A stretch of DNA of 64,000 nt from Promethearchaeia archaeon (GTDB lineage: Archaea > Asgardarchaeota > Lokiarchaeia > Sigyniarchaeales > SOKP01), in assembly GCA_046483985.1 (NCBI GenBank), contig JAWOCD010000085.1, positions 14,653-78,652 of the forward strand, written 5' to 3'. Position 1 is the stretch's first letter, and each line of letters opens with the position of its first letter. Below the pieces are notes generated by a model. The model saw nothing but the letters and a program-made list of their open reading frames with translations. It was not told where the DNA came from and made no database searches. Made by a program: the position numbers and the translations under genes. This document shows positions 10,570 through 21,117 of this stretch, piece after piece.

Positions 10570-11256
10570 GTGATTTTGATTTTTAAGAAAAAGAAGGATG
10601 ATTTCGAAAAAGAGAAGGAAAAAGCAAGAGCGAAGCTCCGGAAAAAAGCAGAAAAAATTCAAGCAAAAAAGGAAAAAAAACGCAAAGAAGCGGAAAAGAT
10701 CTTAGATGAGGAATATGTAGATCGGAGATTAGAGTTTGAGCGTAAGCGAGATAAACAGTTTCAAACAAAAAGAGATTCTAAAATAAAAGAAATTCGTGAA
10801 GAAGTGTTAGCCGATGAAAAAGATACCTTTGAATGTAAAGTATGCGGTCGTGAAATTGGATTAGGAAATATGCAATGTCCCAATTGCGGTCAAATGTATT
10901 GCCCCTTTTGTGGAGCTTTTCTAGATGACGAAGACTTTAGTGGAAAATGTCCTCGCTGTGGAGGATTTGTTGCAGGCGGAGTGACTCCCGCCGAATTAGT
11001 ACAGACCCGTGTTGAGGATATTCCAGAAGGGGACCGATTTTGGGAAGGATTACAGAATTGCCCCAAATGTGGAGCTTCTACTCAACCCGATTGGGATGAA
11101 TGTCCCATCTGTGGAGCGAAATTAGAGAAAAAAGTTAAAAAGAAAGAAGAAGAACCAAAAGAAGAAAAATCAATCAAATCAATAAAGGAAAAGCGAAAAG
11201 AAGAATTAAAGAAAAGGAGAAGAAGGAAAAAATCGGGACCTAAACGAGGTATATAA
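10570..11256 (+). CDS. Multi zinc-ribbon (DZR-like) protein with charged helical termini
   Basis: Six CxxCG knuckles (CKVC, CPNC, CPFC, CPRC, CPKC, CPIC); Lys/Glu-rich ends. Confidence 0.8.
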   Translation: MILIFKKKKDDFEKEKEKARAKLRKKAEKIQAKKEKKRKEAEKILDEEYVDRRLEFERKRDKQFQTKRDSKIKEIREEVLADEKDTFECKVCGREIGLGNMQCPNCGQMYCPFCGAFLDDEDFSGKCPRCGGFVAGGVTPAELVQTRVEDIPEGDRFWEGLQNCPKCGASTQPDWDECPICGAKLEKKVKKKEEEPKEEKSIKSIKEKRKEELKKRRRRKKSGPKRGI

Positions 11257-11345
11257 TTTTTCTCTTTGGTTTGATCATTTTTTCTTAGCAAGAGGTTTGA
11301 TACAATTAACCCGTCCGTGGTATTTTTATTTCTTAGGAAATCTCC

Positions 11346-11909
11346 TTATAGATCTAAAAAAAATTTACGCCAAGAATTTATTAATTTAAATATATTTTTA
11401 TTCAAAAGTTTCTCTGCATCAGTTAGATTTTTCTCATCTGCGGGAGATAACTCTGAACGTGAGAGTTTTAATAATTTTAACAGACGGGAATCGACGAGGT
11501 TTGACAAATAGGAATTGTATCGATTTAAATTTGTTTGAGGAATGACGTTTTCATTTACCTTCTTTACTAAAAATTGTCTAAATTCTCTTATCTTATTGAG
11601 CAAAAATTTGTCCTTCTGATTAACAATCCGCTGATCGTCCCTTTCCTTGATGGCAAGTCTCTGAACGTCCATGTTATCACATTTTTCTTCCGGAATTACC
11701 TCTAAAATCCCCCTTTTAATAAAGGGAGTTGCGATGAATTGTTTCATTTTATATCTCTTTCCTTTCTTAAACGGTCCTATCCGATGACCTAATAAAGAAA
11801 ATCCATCAAAACCCTTAATACATTTTGTTACAATTGGATTATTCTTATAAATGAAATTAATTCTCTTTAAATCATTCCCAAAATCGGTTTCAAGTTTTAA
11901 ATCCATCAA
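11346..11909 (-). CDS. GINS complex subunit, Gins23 (Psf2/Psf3-type, B-domain first)
   Basis: N-terminal beta B-domain (IGPFKKGKRYKMKQFIATPFIKRGILEV), then a helical A-domain (RLLKLLKL...NLTDAEK...INSWR); near mcm. Confidence 0.75.
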   Translation of the reverse strand: MMDLKLETDFGNDLKRINFIYKNNPIVTKCIKGFDGFSLLGHRIGPFKKGKRYKMKQFIATPFIKRGILEVIPEEKCDNMDVQRLAIKERDDQRIVNQKDKFLLNKIREFRQFLVKKVNENVIPQTNLNRYNSYLSNLVDSRLLKLLKLSRSELSPADEKNLTDAEKLLNKNIFKLINSWRKFFLDL

Positions 11910-12000
11910 TTCTTAAGTACACTTGGATAGTTTTAATAAATTAGATTAATTCTATAATATTAACTTTTATTATTAATCTGGAAATTAAAGCTTATAATTT

Positions 12001-15000
12001 TTGGAGATTATCTTGATTTTTGAAAGAGCCTATTTCCCACAAGATCTCAATATGTTTAATAATACTACGTCCATTGTCCTATTTATTATCTTTTTAGCGG
12101 CGTTTGCATCTGGGTTCTTTTTAATTTATCGCCAAGTAGCCCTAGTGAAGAAGGGAGAATTTGAAATCCTAGATACATTGCAGTGTGTATTATACGGATT
12201 TATTTTCAGTATGGCTATAATGGTTGTGATGGGCATGGCTTTTATTTTTGCCGTTAATACTCAAAGCTTTTGGGAACCTACTCCTTTGAATCCCAACCCT
12301 CCTACCCCTCCCGAGATTAACCCCCTATGGTTAATCTTTCCAGTCTTCTTTTGCTTAGCTTATCTTACTTTTTATCCCCTAATTGATTTTCTTTTTATTG
12401 CCTTAAGTAAGGAATCCGACAAAGGATTAACAATATTTCATAGATATATTGGAAATTATATAATCAATACAACGGATAGTAAAATTTTTTCTGTAATTTC
12501 TGCAATATGCTTCTATTTGGGGGTATTTATTTTGCCGCCATATCTTCTTTATTTATTTCTTGATTTACCCTTACTTGTAATCTTTATTACATGGATATTA
12601 GGATATCCCTTGATGGTTTTAACGTTTTATGGAGCAAAAGGCTGGGTTGCGGGATTTTCCAATACAATATTTCATATTGAACAGCGTTCATTTTTTCTAG
12701 GGTTTGAAGATCCTGAGAGAGTGATGGAAGAGGCAAAAGATTTTCCGAACGTTACGGGCCCCCGGATTTTAATGGGAATGATGCTTTTTGTTTTTGTCTG
12801 GATTTGGATTTCAATGTTCCAAACTTTATCATTTTATTTTTCGGGAGATATGCCAATTTCTCCCTACTCCTTTGCTGGACTTGTGTTTGTAACGTTAATA
12901 TTTGGAGTTATTGGATATTTTACTCGTTATTGGAGTAGACAGATAAAATATCGTAGTATAGACATTTCATTTGCGGGGTATTTGATGGCATGTATTGGAA
13001 TTAATGTATTAGCAAATTTTCTTATAGTTAATGCCAATAAATTGGAAAGCTCTTTTAATTATACTATTATTGGACTATATGAGTTAGTCCCTAATTATCT
13101 CTCACTTGCTTTTGCTGCAGTAATTGAAGAAGTTTTTCTGGTCACTTTTATTTGTTATTTTCTCTTTGCCAAGACAGATTTTACCCAAAATTTGAAATAT
13201 TCCAAGATAAATGAATGTGGGCAGATCTTTGATCCCATCCCATTGTTTAATTTTCTTAGAAGTAATGATCCAAAAATTAGAAAGCAAGCTGAAGAAACCG
13301 TATTGTTAATGTTCGAACGAATTCCTTTAAAAGAAGATGTTGATCTGAATAAAAACATTTTTAAAAATACTCTTATTGACGGCTTATGTGATCTGAACCC
13401 ATACGCTCAGAAAGTAAGTTACCAAATTTTAACCCAATTGGAGAGAGATGTACCTGATCTTGTTTTACCGTGGATAATTGAGAATTTAGAATCTCCAAAT
13501 TATGACAAAAGTATTCCCTTTGCACGTTCTTTAACAACTGCAGATATCGATCTTGTTAAAAAAGTACCGCCAGAGATCATATTCAATCTTATCCAAGATT
13601 TAGAATGGAGGCTTAAATTGATTGGGCTGGATATTTTATCCCGTTTAGCAAAAGTAGAAGATGAAATTGTTTTAACGCTTTTGATGAAAAAGCATTTATT
13701 AAACGATCTTGTAAATGATCCCGATGGAGAGGTTCAAGTTAAGATATTAAATATTCTTGCTGACACAGAGGTGGTGCTTCCTCTTACTTCCATAATTGAT
13801 AGATTGGATGACTCTAATTCCCAGATAAAAGCCGCCGCCATCAGAAATATTAAAAATATTAAAGAGGAAAATCTTGACTCACAAGTGGTCTCTAAACTGA
13901 TCCCACTCATGAGAGATCCTTCAAGTGAAGTAAGAGCTTCTGTATTTGAAGTTCTTGCTAAAATTGGTCATTTTCAGAAATATTTTATACCAAATCTTCC
14001 TTTCTTGGAAGGCTTAACAGATCTCAATAAAGAGGTAAGGAAGGCCTCTATCATCGCACTTGAACGATATTTTGATGAACAACCCGAATCCCTTGATTTA
14101 GATATGATAATTAATAGAATTGATCCCAATAATGAAGAAATCGTAAATAGTGCGTTAACTCTCCTTGGGAGATTATGGGATAAAAACCCAGAAAAGATTC
14201 TCACCACCTTACTTGGATTTATAAAATTGGAGAATCAATCGCTCAAAGAAAATATTTCTAATATATTGGTTGAGAGATATGAGTCAAATCCAGATTTAAT
14301 TATAGATAATCTCATAGAAATACCAGATGTATCGAAATTTATCACAAAAGGAATAATTACAAAGACTCTTATTAAAATTGGCGAGTTAGACCCTCACAAT
14401 GTAATTCCAAAATTGGTTTCCTTTTTAAATTCGAAAAATAAGGATACTAAATTAAATGCGATAAGAGCTTTAGAGGAATTAGTCAGTAATTTTCCCGATA
14501 AGGTTAAATTAAAACCATTTTTAGTCATTCTGCGGCAAGAAAAAAATAAAAAAATAAAAAAAGAGGCAGCCAAAGTAATATCTAAAGTCGCCCAAGTGGA
14601 ACCAAATGCTTTAAAACCGCTTGTTTCCGTGATTTTGCAAGCAATGCATGAACAAGAAAATTCAGTTAAACTAGTTTTGGGAAAATCATTATTACAGATC
14701 TCTCAAGAATCCCCTGAAATCCTTCCCGTCCGTCCCATTATAAATTTATACAATGATGAAGATTCATTTATTCGGGAAACGGCTGCAAAAACTCTCGGAA
14801 ATATAGGATACAAAGCACCTCGAGAATGTATTAGAGCCTTATTAGACAAAGGATTAAAAGATGAGGAATGGAATGTAAGAGAAGCTTCTGTTACTAGTTT
14901 AGGGGATCTAATAGAATATGTAGATAATAAAGAGATGCTCATATCGAGTTTAGTGAAACTTCTTTCTGATGAACAAATGTGGGTGCGACGCTCTGCCTTA

Positions 15001-15447
15001 AATATTTTAGCCGATCTTAAAAATTTGGGTCCAAAAGATTTGCCATTTACTACACTAAAAGAGATAATTAAAACTTCAGATGATAAGGTCAAAGCTGCGG
15101 GGACAAAATTGTTGAAAATCTATAGAGACAAAATTGATCAAGTTTTTATGCTAGCTATTGAATTATTAGATCATGAGAATGAAATTGTAAGAGATAGCAT
15201 GATGAATTCGTTGACCGAAATAATTCAAGATATGGGATTGGACCTCCTAATTCCAAAACTTCTCAAGAATCTTAGTGATGAGCACTCACTTACTTTACAA
15301 CGCTCCATTGCTCGAATCTTGGGAAGGACTGTAAAATATGAAAATGAGAAACTCAAAAAACGAGTCATTTCGCTCTTGAAAATTCGCTGCGAAATGAGTC
15401 AAGATCCGGTCATTTGTAAAATTTTAAATGAATTAAGGGAAAGCTAA
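12001..15447 (+). CDS. Polytopic membrane protein fused to a long HEAT-repeat solenoid
   Basis: About 9 hydrophobic segments in the first ~390 aa, then many HEAT-like units (LMRDPSSEVRAS, LKDEEWNVREAS, LSDEQMWVRRSA); start may be ATG 12052. Confidence 0.85.
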   Translation: MEIILIFERAYFPQDLNMFNNTTSIVLFIIFLAAFASGFFLIYRQVALVKKGEFEILDTLQCVLYGFIFSMAIMVVMGMAFIFAVNTQSFWEPTPLNPNPPTPPEINPLWLIFPVFFCLAYLTFYPLIDFLFIALSKESDKGLTIFHRYIGNYIINTTDSKIFSVISAICFYLGVFILPPYLLYLFLDLPLLVIFITWILGYPLMVLTFYGAKGWVAGFSNTIFHIEQRSFFLGFEDPERVMEEAKDFPNVTGPRILMGMMLFVFVWIWISMFQTLSFYFSGDMPISPYSFAGLVFVTLIFGVIGYFTRYWSRQIKYRSIDISFAGYLMACIGINVLANFLIVNANKLESSFNYTIIGLYELVPNYLSLAFAAVIEEVFLVTFICYFLFAKTDFTQNLKYSKINECGQIFDPIPLFNFLRSNDPKIRKQAEETVLLMFERIPLKEDVDLNKNIFKNTLIDGLCDLNPYAQKVSYQILTQLERDVPDLVLPWIIENLESPNYDKSIPFARSLTTADIDLVKKVPPEIIFNLIQDLEWRLKLIGLDILSRLAKVEDEIVLTLLMKKHLLNDLVNDPDGEVQVKILNILADTEVVLPLTSIIDRLDDSNSQIKAAAIRNIKNIKEENLDSQVVSKLIPLMRDPSSEVRASVFEVLAKIGHFQKYFIPNLPFLEGLTDLNKEVRKASIIALERYFDEQPESLDLDMIINRIDPNNEEIVNSALTLLGRLWDKNPEKILTTLLGFIKLENQSLKENISNILVERYESNPDLIIDNLIEIPDVSKFITKGIITKTLIKIGELDPHNVIPKLVSFLNSKNKDTKLNAIRALEELVSNFPDKVKLKPFLVILRQEKNKKIKKEAAKVISKVAQVEPNALKPLVSVILQAMHEQENSVKLVLGKSLLQISQESPEILPVRPIINLYNDEDSFIRETAAKTLGNIGYKAPRECIRALLDKGLKDEEWNVREASVTSLGDLIEYVDNKEMLISSLVKLLSDEQMWVRRSALNILADLKNLGPKDLPFTTLKEIIKTSDDKVKAAGTKLLKIYRDKIDQVFMLAIELLDHENEIVRDSMMNSLTEIIQDMGLDLLIPKLLKNLSDEHSLTLQRSIARILGRTVKYENEKLKKRVISLLKIRCEMSQDPVICKILNELRES

Positions 15448-15602
15448 GATTGGATTATTACTAAATTCTTACCCCTTCTCTCGTTATATATTCTCTTTTA
15501 TCTATCATTTAATAAAATTCTTAATTATTTTTAGTCTAATATCAGAATTTTAAAACCATCCGACAATAATTTTTGTTATAATCTATCTTAAAGTGATAAA
15601 AT

Positions 15603-18600
15603 ATGACGACTCCAAGTTCTAAACCCACGAAGCCTATGAATCCCACCCAAGAATTTGAGGACTTTTTCCGGTATTATTTAGAGAAGCCTGGGGTTTATAA
15701 GTATCATGAACAGATCAAACGGATTGATTCTAAAGGTGAAAATACCCTTGTGATCTTATATGAAGATCTCTTGAATCATAAATATAAACTTGCAAAAATG
15801 TTGGAAGAAGATCCGGAAAATATGCTGGAACACGCAGTTAAAGCTTTCAAAAATCTTCTTAAGTTTGAATCCGGGGGAAAGTTAAACCATGAACGATATT
15901 TTGTCAGGGTGGCCACCAAAGACGATAAAAGTCCGTTAACGGTTCCAATCCGACAAATGCGCGCCGAAAACATAGATAACTTGGTTTGGTTTAAAGGAAT
16001 ACTGATTCGCAGCTCAAAAATTCGTCCAAAATTGACAAAAGCCTCTTTTGAATGCCTCTTATGCGGGACGCAATTCGAAGTGGTGCAGTTAACTTCAAAA
16101 ATTAAATGGCCAAAATTCTGTATCAATAAACAATGTAAAGCGAAGGCGCAAAATGATTTTAAATTAATTACAAGAGATTCCGAGTTTATAGATTGGCAGA
16201 GTATTACCATCCAAGAGATTCCAGAAGACTTACCCGCTGGCCGCATCCCACGCTCGGTCCAAGCAATCCTTACTCATGATCTAGTGGATTATGTCAAACC
16301 GGGTGATCGAGTATCGATAATGGGAATCTATAAATCCGTTATTGCGGGCTCCATTCGAAGCAACAATTCTAATCTGTTTAAAACGTATATCAAGGTTAAT
16401 TACGTTGATCCAGAAGATAAAAGCGATTTAGATATTGACATTTCCAAAGACGACAAAAAAGCCATTCAACAACTTTCACAGGAACCGATGGTTCAAAGAA
16501 AGATCTCACGCTCAATCGCACCTCAAATATTTGGAAGAGAGCAACTTAAAATGGCTTGCGCATTAAGTTTGTTTGGAGGTACCAAGAAAAAAAAACCAGG
16601 AGGGGGGTGGAAACGGGGGGATATTCATGTATTATTCGTTGGTGACCCAGGAACCGGAAAGAGTGAAATCATTAAATCGGCAGTCGAAGTTTCACCACGG
16701 GGGTTATATACCTCTGGAAAAGGAGCTTCCGCAGTAGGTCTGACCGCTGCAGTTATCAAAGATGCGGATACGGGACAGATGAATTTGGAGGCCGGCGCCA
16801 TTGTATTAGCTAACGGAGGAGTTGCAGCTATTGACGAGTTTGATAAAATGGATAAAGCAGACAGGTCCGCGCTCCATGAGGCGATGGAACAACAGTCCTA
16901 TCATTACGACACGGAAATATTAGATGTGAACGGGAAAAAAATCAAAATCGGGAAATATGTTGATGATTTGTTGGAAAACAATGCTGACGATGTAGTTAAA
17001 GGCGTTAATTGTGAAATCCTCCCTCATGAAGATATAGGCCTTTATACAACAGATTTTCAAAAAATTTATAAAACTAAGATACACCGTGTGAGTCGCCATA
17101 AATCTCCAGATAGATTTTACCAAATCAAATTTTCAAACGGAAGAACTATCAAGGTTACCCCTGAACATCCTATTTTCGTATTTAGAAATGGAAAACTTGC
17201 CACAGTAGATGCTAAGGATTGTAAAGTAAATGATTTTATCCCAATTCCTGAATATCTTCCAAATTCATCTCAGCCGATCATGCTAGGTTCTACTCGTTTT
17301 AAACCGCGCCCTACCGCTGAGGAAATCGTATTTCCCGAGGTATTGACTCCTAATTTAGCCCGTATATTGGGTTATCTTATTGCCGAGGGGCATTCTTATG
17401 TTGGCTCATCAACAGAAATAGGATTTACCACTAGGGATGAGAAATTACTGGATGAGTTTTACAACCTAATGGAACAAGTTTTCCAAATCTTGCCGAACAT
17501 TAATCGACGAGATGATGGTAGATGTACTTTGAGATATACCTCTGTAGAGTTATATAAATGGTTTAAACTCAATTTCCCCGAAATAATGGTTAAATCGATT
17601 CATAAAAGGATTCCTAAAAAAATTATGGGCGCATCGAAGGAAATTGCTGAAGAATTCATAAAGACTTCATTTAAAGGGGATGGAAGTGTTGAATCAACAT
17701 CTATCTGCTATAAAACGGCATGTAAAGGATTTTCCGAGGATTATCAAGACTTATTACTAAAATTAGGAATTCAATCTCGCATTATAGTTGATTCTAATAA
17801 TGATTCATTCAATGTTTATATAAGAGGACAATCTCTAATTGATTTTTTTCATATAATAGTGGAAAAAGACGATAGGCGATACAAACAAATCAAGAACATA
17901 ATTAAACTCAACAAAACAGAAACTAATCACCATGATATCTTTCCCACCTCAATTATTGAGGAAATACTACAAATTAAAAAAGCACTTTCAATGAAGATTA
18001 CAAGACCTTATTGGCGATACTCAAAAAAAGGAGAGGGAATCACTCGTAATAACTTAATTAAACAGATCCGCAAGATAGAATCCCGGATCGGGAAAATCAA
18101 AGATTATATTGGTAAGGAAAAAACCATAAAGGCTATTAAAAAGTCGGGCTTTTCCCAGCAAAAAATATCTGAAATAGCCTCGGTAACCCGTTCTAATATC
18201 GATTACTATGGAAAAGGAGGTTACGATAAATTTAAAGGAAATGAACTGAACCGAAAGGTGGTATTTTCCGTATTAGACCATTTTGAGGATTTAGAAAAGC
18301 GAATTCAGAGAATAAAAAACTTGGTAAGTTCGGAAATATTATGGGATAGGATAAAAAGTATAAAAGTAATAAAAAATAAAGGAGAGAATTATAGACCCTA
18401 CGTTTACGACCTCACTGTAGAGCCCACTCACACATTCATCAGTAACGGATTAGTTCTGCATAATACAGTTAGCATAGCCAAGGCGGGCATTGTAGCCACT
18501 TTAAAAGCGGAAACTGCGGTGGTGGCGGCAGCAAACCCTCATTTTGGGAGATATGACAGTTATAAGACTCCCACGCAAAATATCAGGATGCCACCTTCCT

Positions 18601-19301
18601 TGCTCTCCAGATTTGATTTGATCTTTGTGGTAAAGGATAAACCTGATAAGTCCTACGATGCCCAACTTGCTGAATTTATCTTAAAAAATGCAATGGGAAA
18701 ATTTGGAGAAGATGAAGATGGTAAAGGAAAAAGCGAGTCACCAATCCAACATGAGCTCTTGAAGAAGTATATTAAGCATGCAAGGCGTAATTGCAAACCG
18801 ATTCTGACTCATGATGCAAAGGAACGGATAAAAGAGTATTATTTGGATCTTCGGGGAAAATCTGACAGCGAAGAGGCGATTATTTCGATTTTAGCCAGAA
18901 ATCTTGATGCGCTTATCCGGATGAGCGAAGCATATGCCAAAATGGCGTTGAGAGAAAAAGTTCTTGAGGATGATGTGAAGGAAGTGATTAAACTGTTTGA
19001 TAGGTTTCTCACAGATACAGGATATGACGAGGCGACAGGTAAGATAGATGTAGATAGGATTGTTGCGGGCGAATCGCGAAGTAAATTAAATAAGCTTGAA
19101 AATCTATTAGATCGGATGAAGGAAATGTTTTCGGAGAATAATTGGCAAGAACTTCAAAGGAAAGATATCATTCAAAGCTTAGAATTAGAGGAGGATTTGG
19201 ATAAGAAATTTGTCCAAGATGCACTTGAAAATTTGATAAGAGACGGAGATATTTATGAGCCTAAGCCCGGCTATATCAAGTTTACAAGAAAACAAACGTA
19301 A
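15603..19301 (+). CDS. mcm: Replicative MCM helicase (intein-containing precursor)
   Basis: Zn finger CLLC...CINKQC, Walker A GDPGTGKS, Walker B IDEFDKM, Arg finger LLSRFD, C-terminal winged helix. Confidence 0.97.
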   Translation: MTTPSSKPTKPMNPTQEFEDFFRYYLEKPGVYKYHEQIKRIDSKGENTLVILYEDLLNHKYKLAKMLEEDPENMLEHAVKAFKNLLKFESGGKLNHERYFVRVATKDDKSPLTVPIRQMRAENIDNLVWFKGILIRSSKIRPKLTKASFECLLCGTQFEVVQLTSKIKWPKFCINKQCKAKAQNDFKLITRDSEFIDWQSITIQEIPEDLPAGRIPRSVQAILTHDLVDYVKPGDRVSIMGIYKSVIAGSIRSNNSNLFKTYIKVNYVDPEDKSDLDIDISKDDKKAIQQLSQEPMVQRKISRSIAPQIFGREQLKMACALSLFGGTKKKKPGGGWKRGDIHVLFVGDPGTGKSEIIKSAVEVSPRGLYTSGKGASAVGLTAAVIKDADTGQMNLEAGAIVLANGGVAAIDEFDKMDKADRSALHEAMEQQSYHYDTEILDVNGKKIKIGKYVDDLLENNADDVVKGVNCEILPHEDIGLYTTDFQKIYKTKIHRVSRHKSPDRFYQIKFSNGRTIKVTPEHPIFVFRNGKLATVDAKDCKVNDFIPIPEYLPNSSQPIMLGSTRFKPRPTAEEIVFPEVLTPNLARILGYLIAEGHSYVGSSTEIGFTTRDEKLLDEFYNLMEQVFQILPNINRRDDGRCTLRYTSVELYKWFKLNFPEIMVKSIHKRIPKKIMGASKEIAEEFIKTSFKGDGSVESTSICYKTACKGFSEDYQDLLLKLGIQSRIIVDSNNDSFNVYIRGQSLIDFFHIIVEKDDRRYKQIKNIIKLNKTETNHHDIFPTSIIEEILQIKKALSMKITRPYWRYSKKGEGITRNNLIKQIRKIESRIGKIKDYIGKEKTIKAIKKSGFSQQKISEIASVTRSNIDYYGKGGYDKFKGNELNRKVVFSVLDHFEDLEKRIQRIKNLVSSEILWDRIKSIKVIKNKGENYRPYVYDLTVEPTHTFISNGLVLHNTVSIAKAGIVATLKAETAVVAAANPHFGRYDSYKTPTQNIRMPPSLLSRFDLIFVVKDKPDKSYDAQLAEFILKNAMGKFGEDEDGKGKSESPIQHELLKKYIKHARRNCKPILTHDAKERIKEYYLDLRGKSDSEEAIISILARNLDALIRMSEAYAKMALREKVLEDDVKEVIKLFDRFLTDTGYDEATGKIDVDRIVAGESRSKLNKLENLLDRMKEMFSENNWQELQRKDIIQSLELEEDLDKKFVQDALENLIRDGDIYEPKPGYIKFTRKQT
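16896..18464 (+). mobile_element. 523-aa intein with LAGLIDADG homing endonuclease, inserted at AMEQQ|TVSIAKAG
   Basis: Starts Ser (SYHYDTEI), block B VTPEHP, LAGLIDADG-like LGYLIAEG and FKGDGSV, block F VYDLTVE, ends VLHN followed by +1 Thr; removal restores the conserved MCM sequence. Confidence 0.95.
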
Positions 19302-19374
19302 TCTCTTTCATTTTAAAAGTATATATTTCATAAAAACAAGATTCAAATTCCTTCTTATTTTAGTTTCTGTAGAG

Positions 19375-19944
19375 ATGAATATTTTAATTCAAAATTTAAA
19401 AGATGCTATTGTTGGTGAAACTAAAGCAAATCTGAAATACAATCTATTTGCAGAGCGGGCTCGACAAGAAAACCTTCCCGAAGTTGCAGAATTGTTCAAA
19501 GCAGTCGCATTTGCCGAAACGATTCATATTAAAAACCATACAAGGGCTTTATCAGTGCTGACCGATTCTGAAGTAGAAACTTCGGAGTTTGTACATATTG
19601 ACGATGAGCAAATAAGAGAGCAAGTAAAAAGTACCAAAGAGAATCTTGAAAACGCAATTGACGGAGAAATCTACGAGACAAAAACAATGTATAAAAATTA
19701 TGTAAAAAATGCCGATGATCAGAATGAAATTACCGTGAGATTGTCGTTTTCTCTGGCCAGAGAAGCGGAAAAGATTCATGCAAAATTATACAAGAAATAT
19801 CTAAAAAGGGTAGAAAAAGGAAAACCGATTGAGGGGAGAGATATCTATGTATGTAAAATCTGCGGAAACGTTGAATTTGATGAAGCAACAGAGAATTGTC
19901 CGCTCTGTGATCACAGTCAACAATTTTTTGAAAAGGTCTCTTAG
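19375..19944 (+). CDS. Rubrerythrin
   Basis: GETKA...AETIH and GEIYE...AEKIH di-iron motifs; C-terminal CKIC/CPLC rubredoxin knuckles; ATG 19375 preferred over the 19255 start, which overlaps mcm. Confidence 0.92.
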   Translation: MNILIQNLKDAIVGETKANLKYNLFAERARQENLPEVAELFKAVAFAETIHIKNHTRALSVLTDSEVETSEFVHIDDEQIREQVKSTKENLENAIDGEIYETKTMYKNYVKNADDQNEITVRLSFSLAREAEKIHAKLYKKYLKRVEKGKPIEGRDIYVCKICGNVEFDEATENCPLCDHSQQFFEKVS

Positions 19945-20377
19945 GATTTCTTCCATCTTGAAAGATTCAAATCCATTTGCATTGAGTAATACCGGCATCT
20001 TTTAAAAATCCGATCCTGCTCCAGTGATCTATTAACTGGTTTATAAATCGTTCTGGAGGGATTTTCACCAATTCATAGTCCTGTGTAAGATTTTTTATGG
20101 TTCTAATCAGAGAAGCTACCATACAAAAGAATTTAAGGGGGCCAAGTATTAAACATTTTAGTGAGGAGGCTTTTTATATTTTTGTAAAAAAAATTTGGTT
20201 ATCCGACCTCACGAAAAATTTAGGGATGGGTATAAACATTATTTTAATGAAAAATTGCTGAGTATCTTTACTTCTCGGGCTTATTCTAAACGAGTTTCAA
20301 CGGTTCTTGGTAAACTTGAGAAGGACGGATCGGTTGACATCTTAAAAATATAATAGGAAAAATAAAAACACAGATTT

Positions 20378-21082
20378 TTAAGGTTCTAAATAGACCCCGA
20401 TAAAATAGGACGCTAGAAACGCAATTAATCCAACAATTATCATTTCAATTCCGGATTTGATTGGAGGTTCTCCCGTAATTTTACTTTTCAACGACCCGGC
20501 GATAAAAAGCACGGAAAAAGATATCACAGACGATAAGATTAATGAAATTAAGCCTAAATCCAAAAGATAAGGAAAAATCGAAATAAACGCTCCTAATATA
20601 AACGCGAAGAAAGTTAAAATTGCCCCTCTTGCCGGACTTTCGGGTTCCTCTAACCCTAATTCGCTGCTAATGAGAAAATCTTGCCAAGTTTCTTTGTCCG
20701 AAGTAATTTCCTCAACGGAAGACTCCAGAAGCTCCCCCTCAAACCCCATATCTTTAAAGATTTCCCGAACTTCCATCTTCTCTTCTTCTGGAAGCAATTC
20801 AATTTCTGCTCTCTCTCTTTCCATTTCATTTTGGATATATTTGGCCTCAGATTTACTGGATATGTATTCCCCAAGTCCCATACTAAATGCGCCGGAAACC
20901 ATAGCGGCAAGACCCGTCAAGACCACGTAAAAATTATCTCCAGTGGAAAGATATGTTGCAGTAGCAACTCCGATTAATAATGTAAACACAGAAATTAAGC
21001 CGTCGTTGAGCCCTAATATGATACTCCGTATTTTCCCTCCCCCAGCAATATGTTCCTCGGAAAATTTCTCTTTGAAAGCCAT
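20378..21082 (-). CDS. VIT1/CCC1 family iron/manganese transporter
   Basis: IILGLNDGL, SGAFSMGLGEYIS, Glu-rich cytoplasmic metal-binding loop, ~5 TM segments. Confidence 0.92.
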   Translation of the reverse strand: MAFKEKFSEEHIAGGGKIRSIILGLNDGLISVFTLLIGVATATYLSTGDNFYVVLTGLAAMVSGAFSMGLGEYISSKSEAKYIQNEMERERAEIELLPEEEKMEVREIFKDMGFEGELLESSVEEITSDKETWQDFLISSELGLEEPESPARGAILTFFAFILGAFISIFPYLLDLGLISLILSSVISFSVLFIAGSLKSKITGEPPIKSGIEMIIVGLIAFLASYFIGVYLEP

Positions 21083-21117
21083 AATTATATTAAAATTTCA
21101 TAGCACTAAAAAATTAT

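Noticed and set aside
19255-19374. 40-aa N-terminal extension of rubrerythrin in the ORF track
   Set aside because: Overlaps the mcm 3' end and is not rubrerythrin-like; ATG 19375 gives a normal-length protein.
19940-20122. Possible selenocysteine read-through of the TGA at 19967-19969 in the small minus-strand ORF
   Set aside because: No selenoprotein family resemblance, read-through would run antisense into rubrerythrin, and I could not identify a SECIS-like element.
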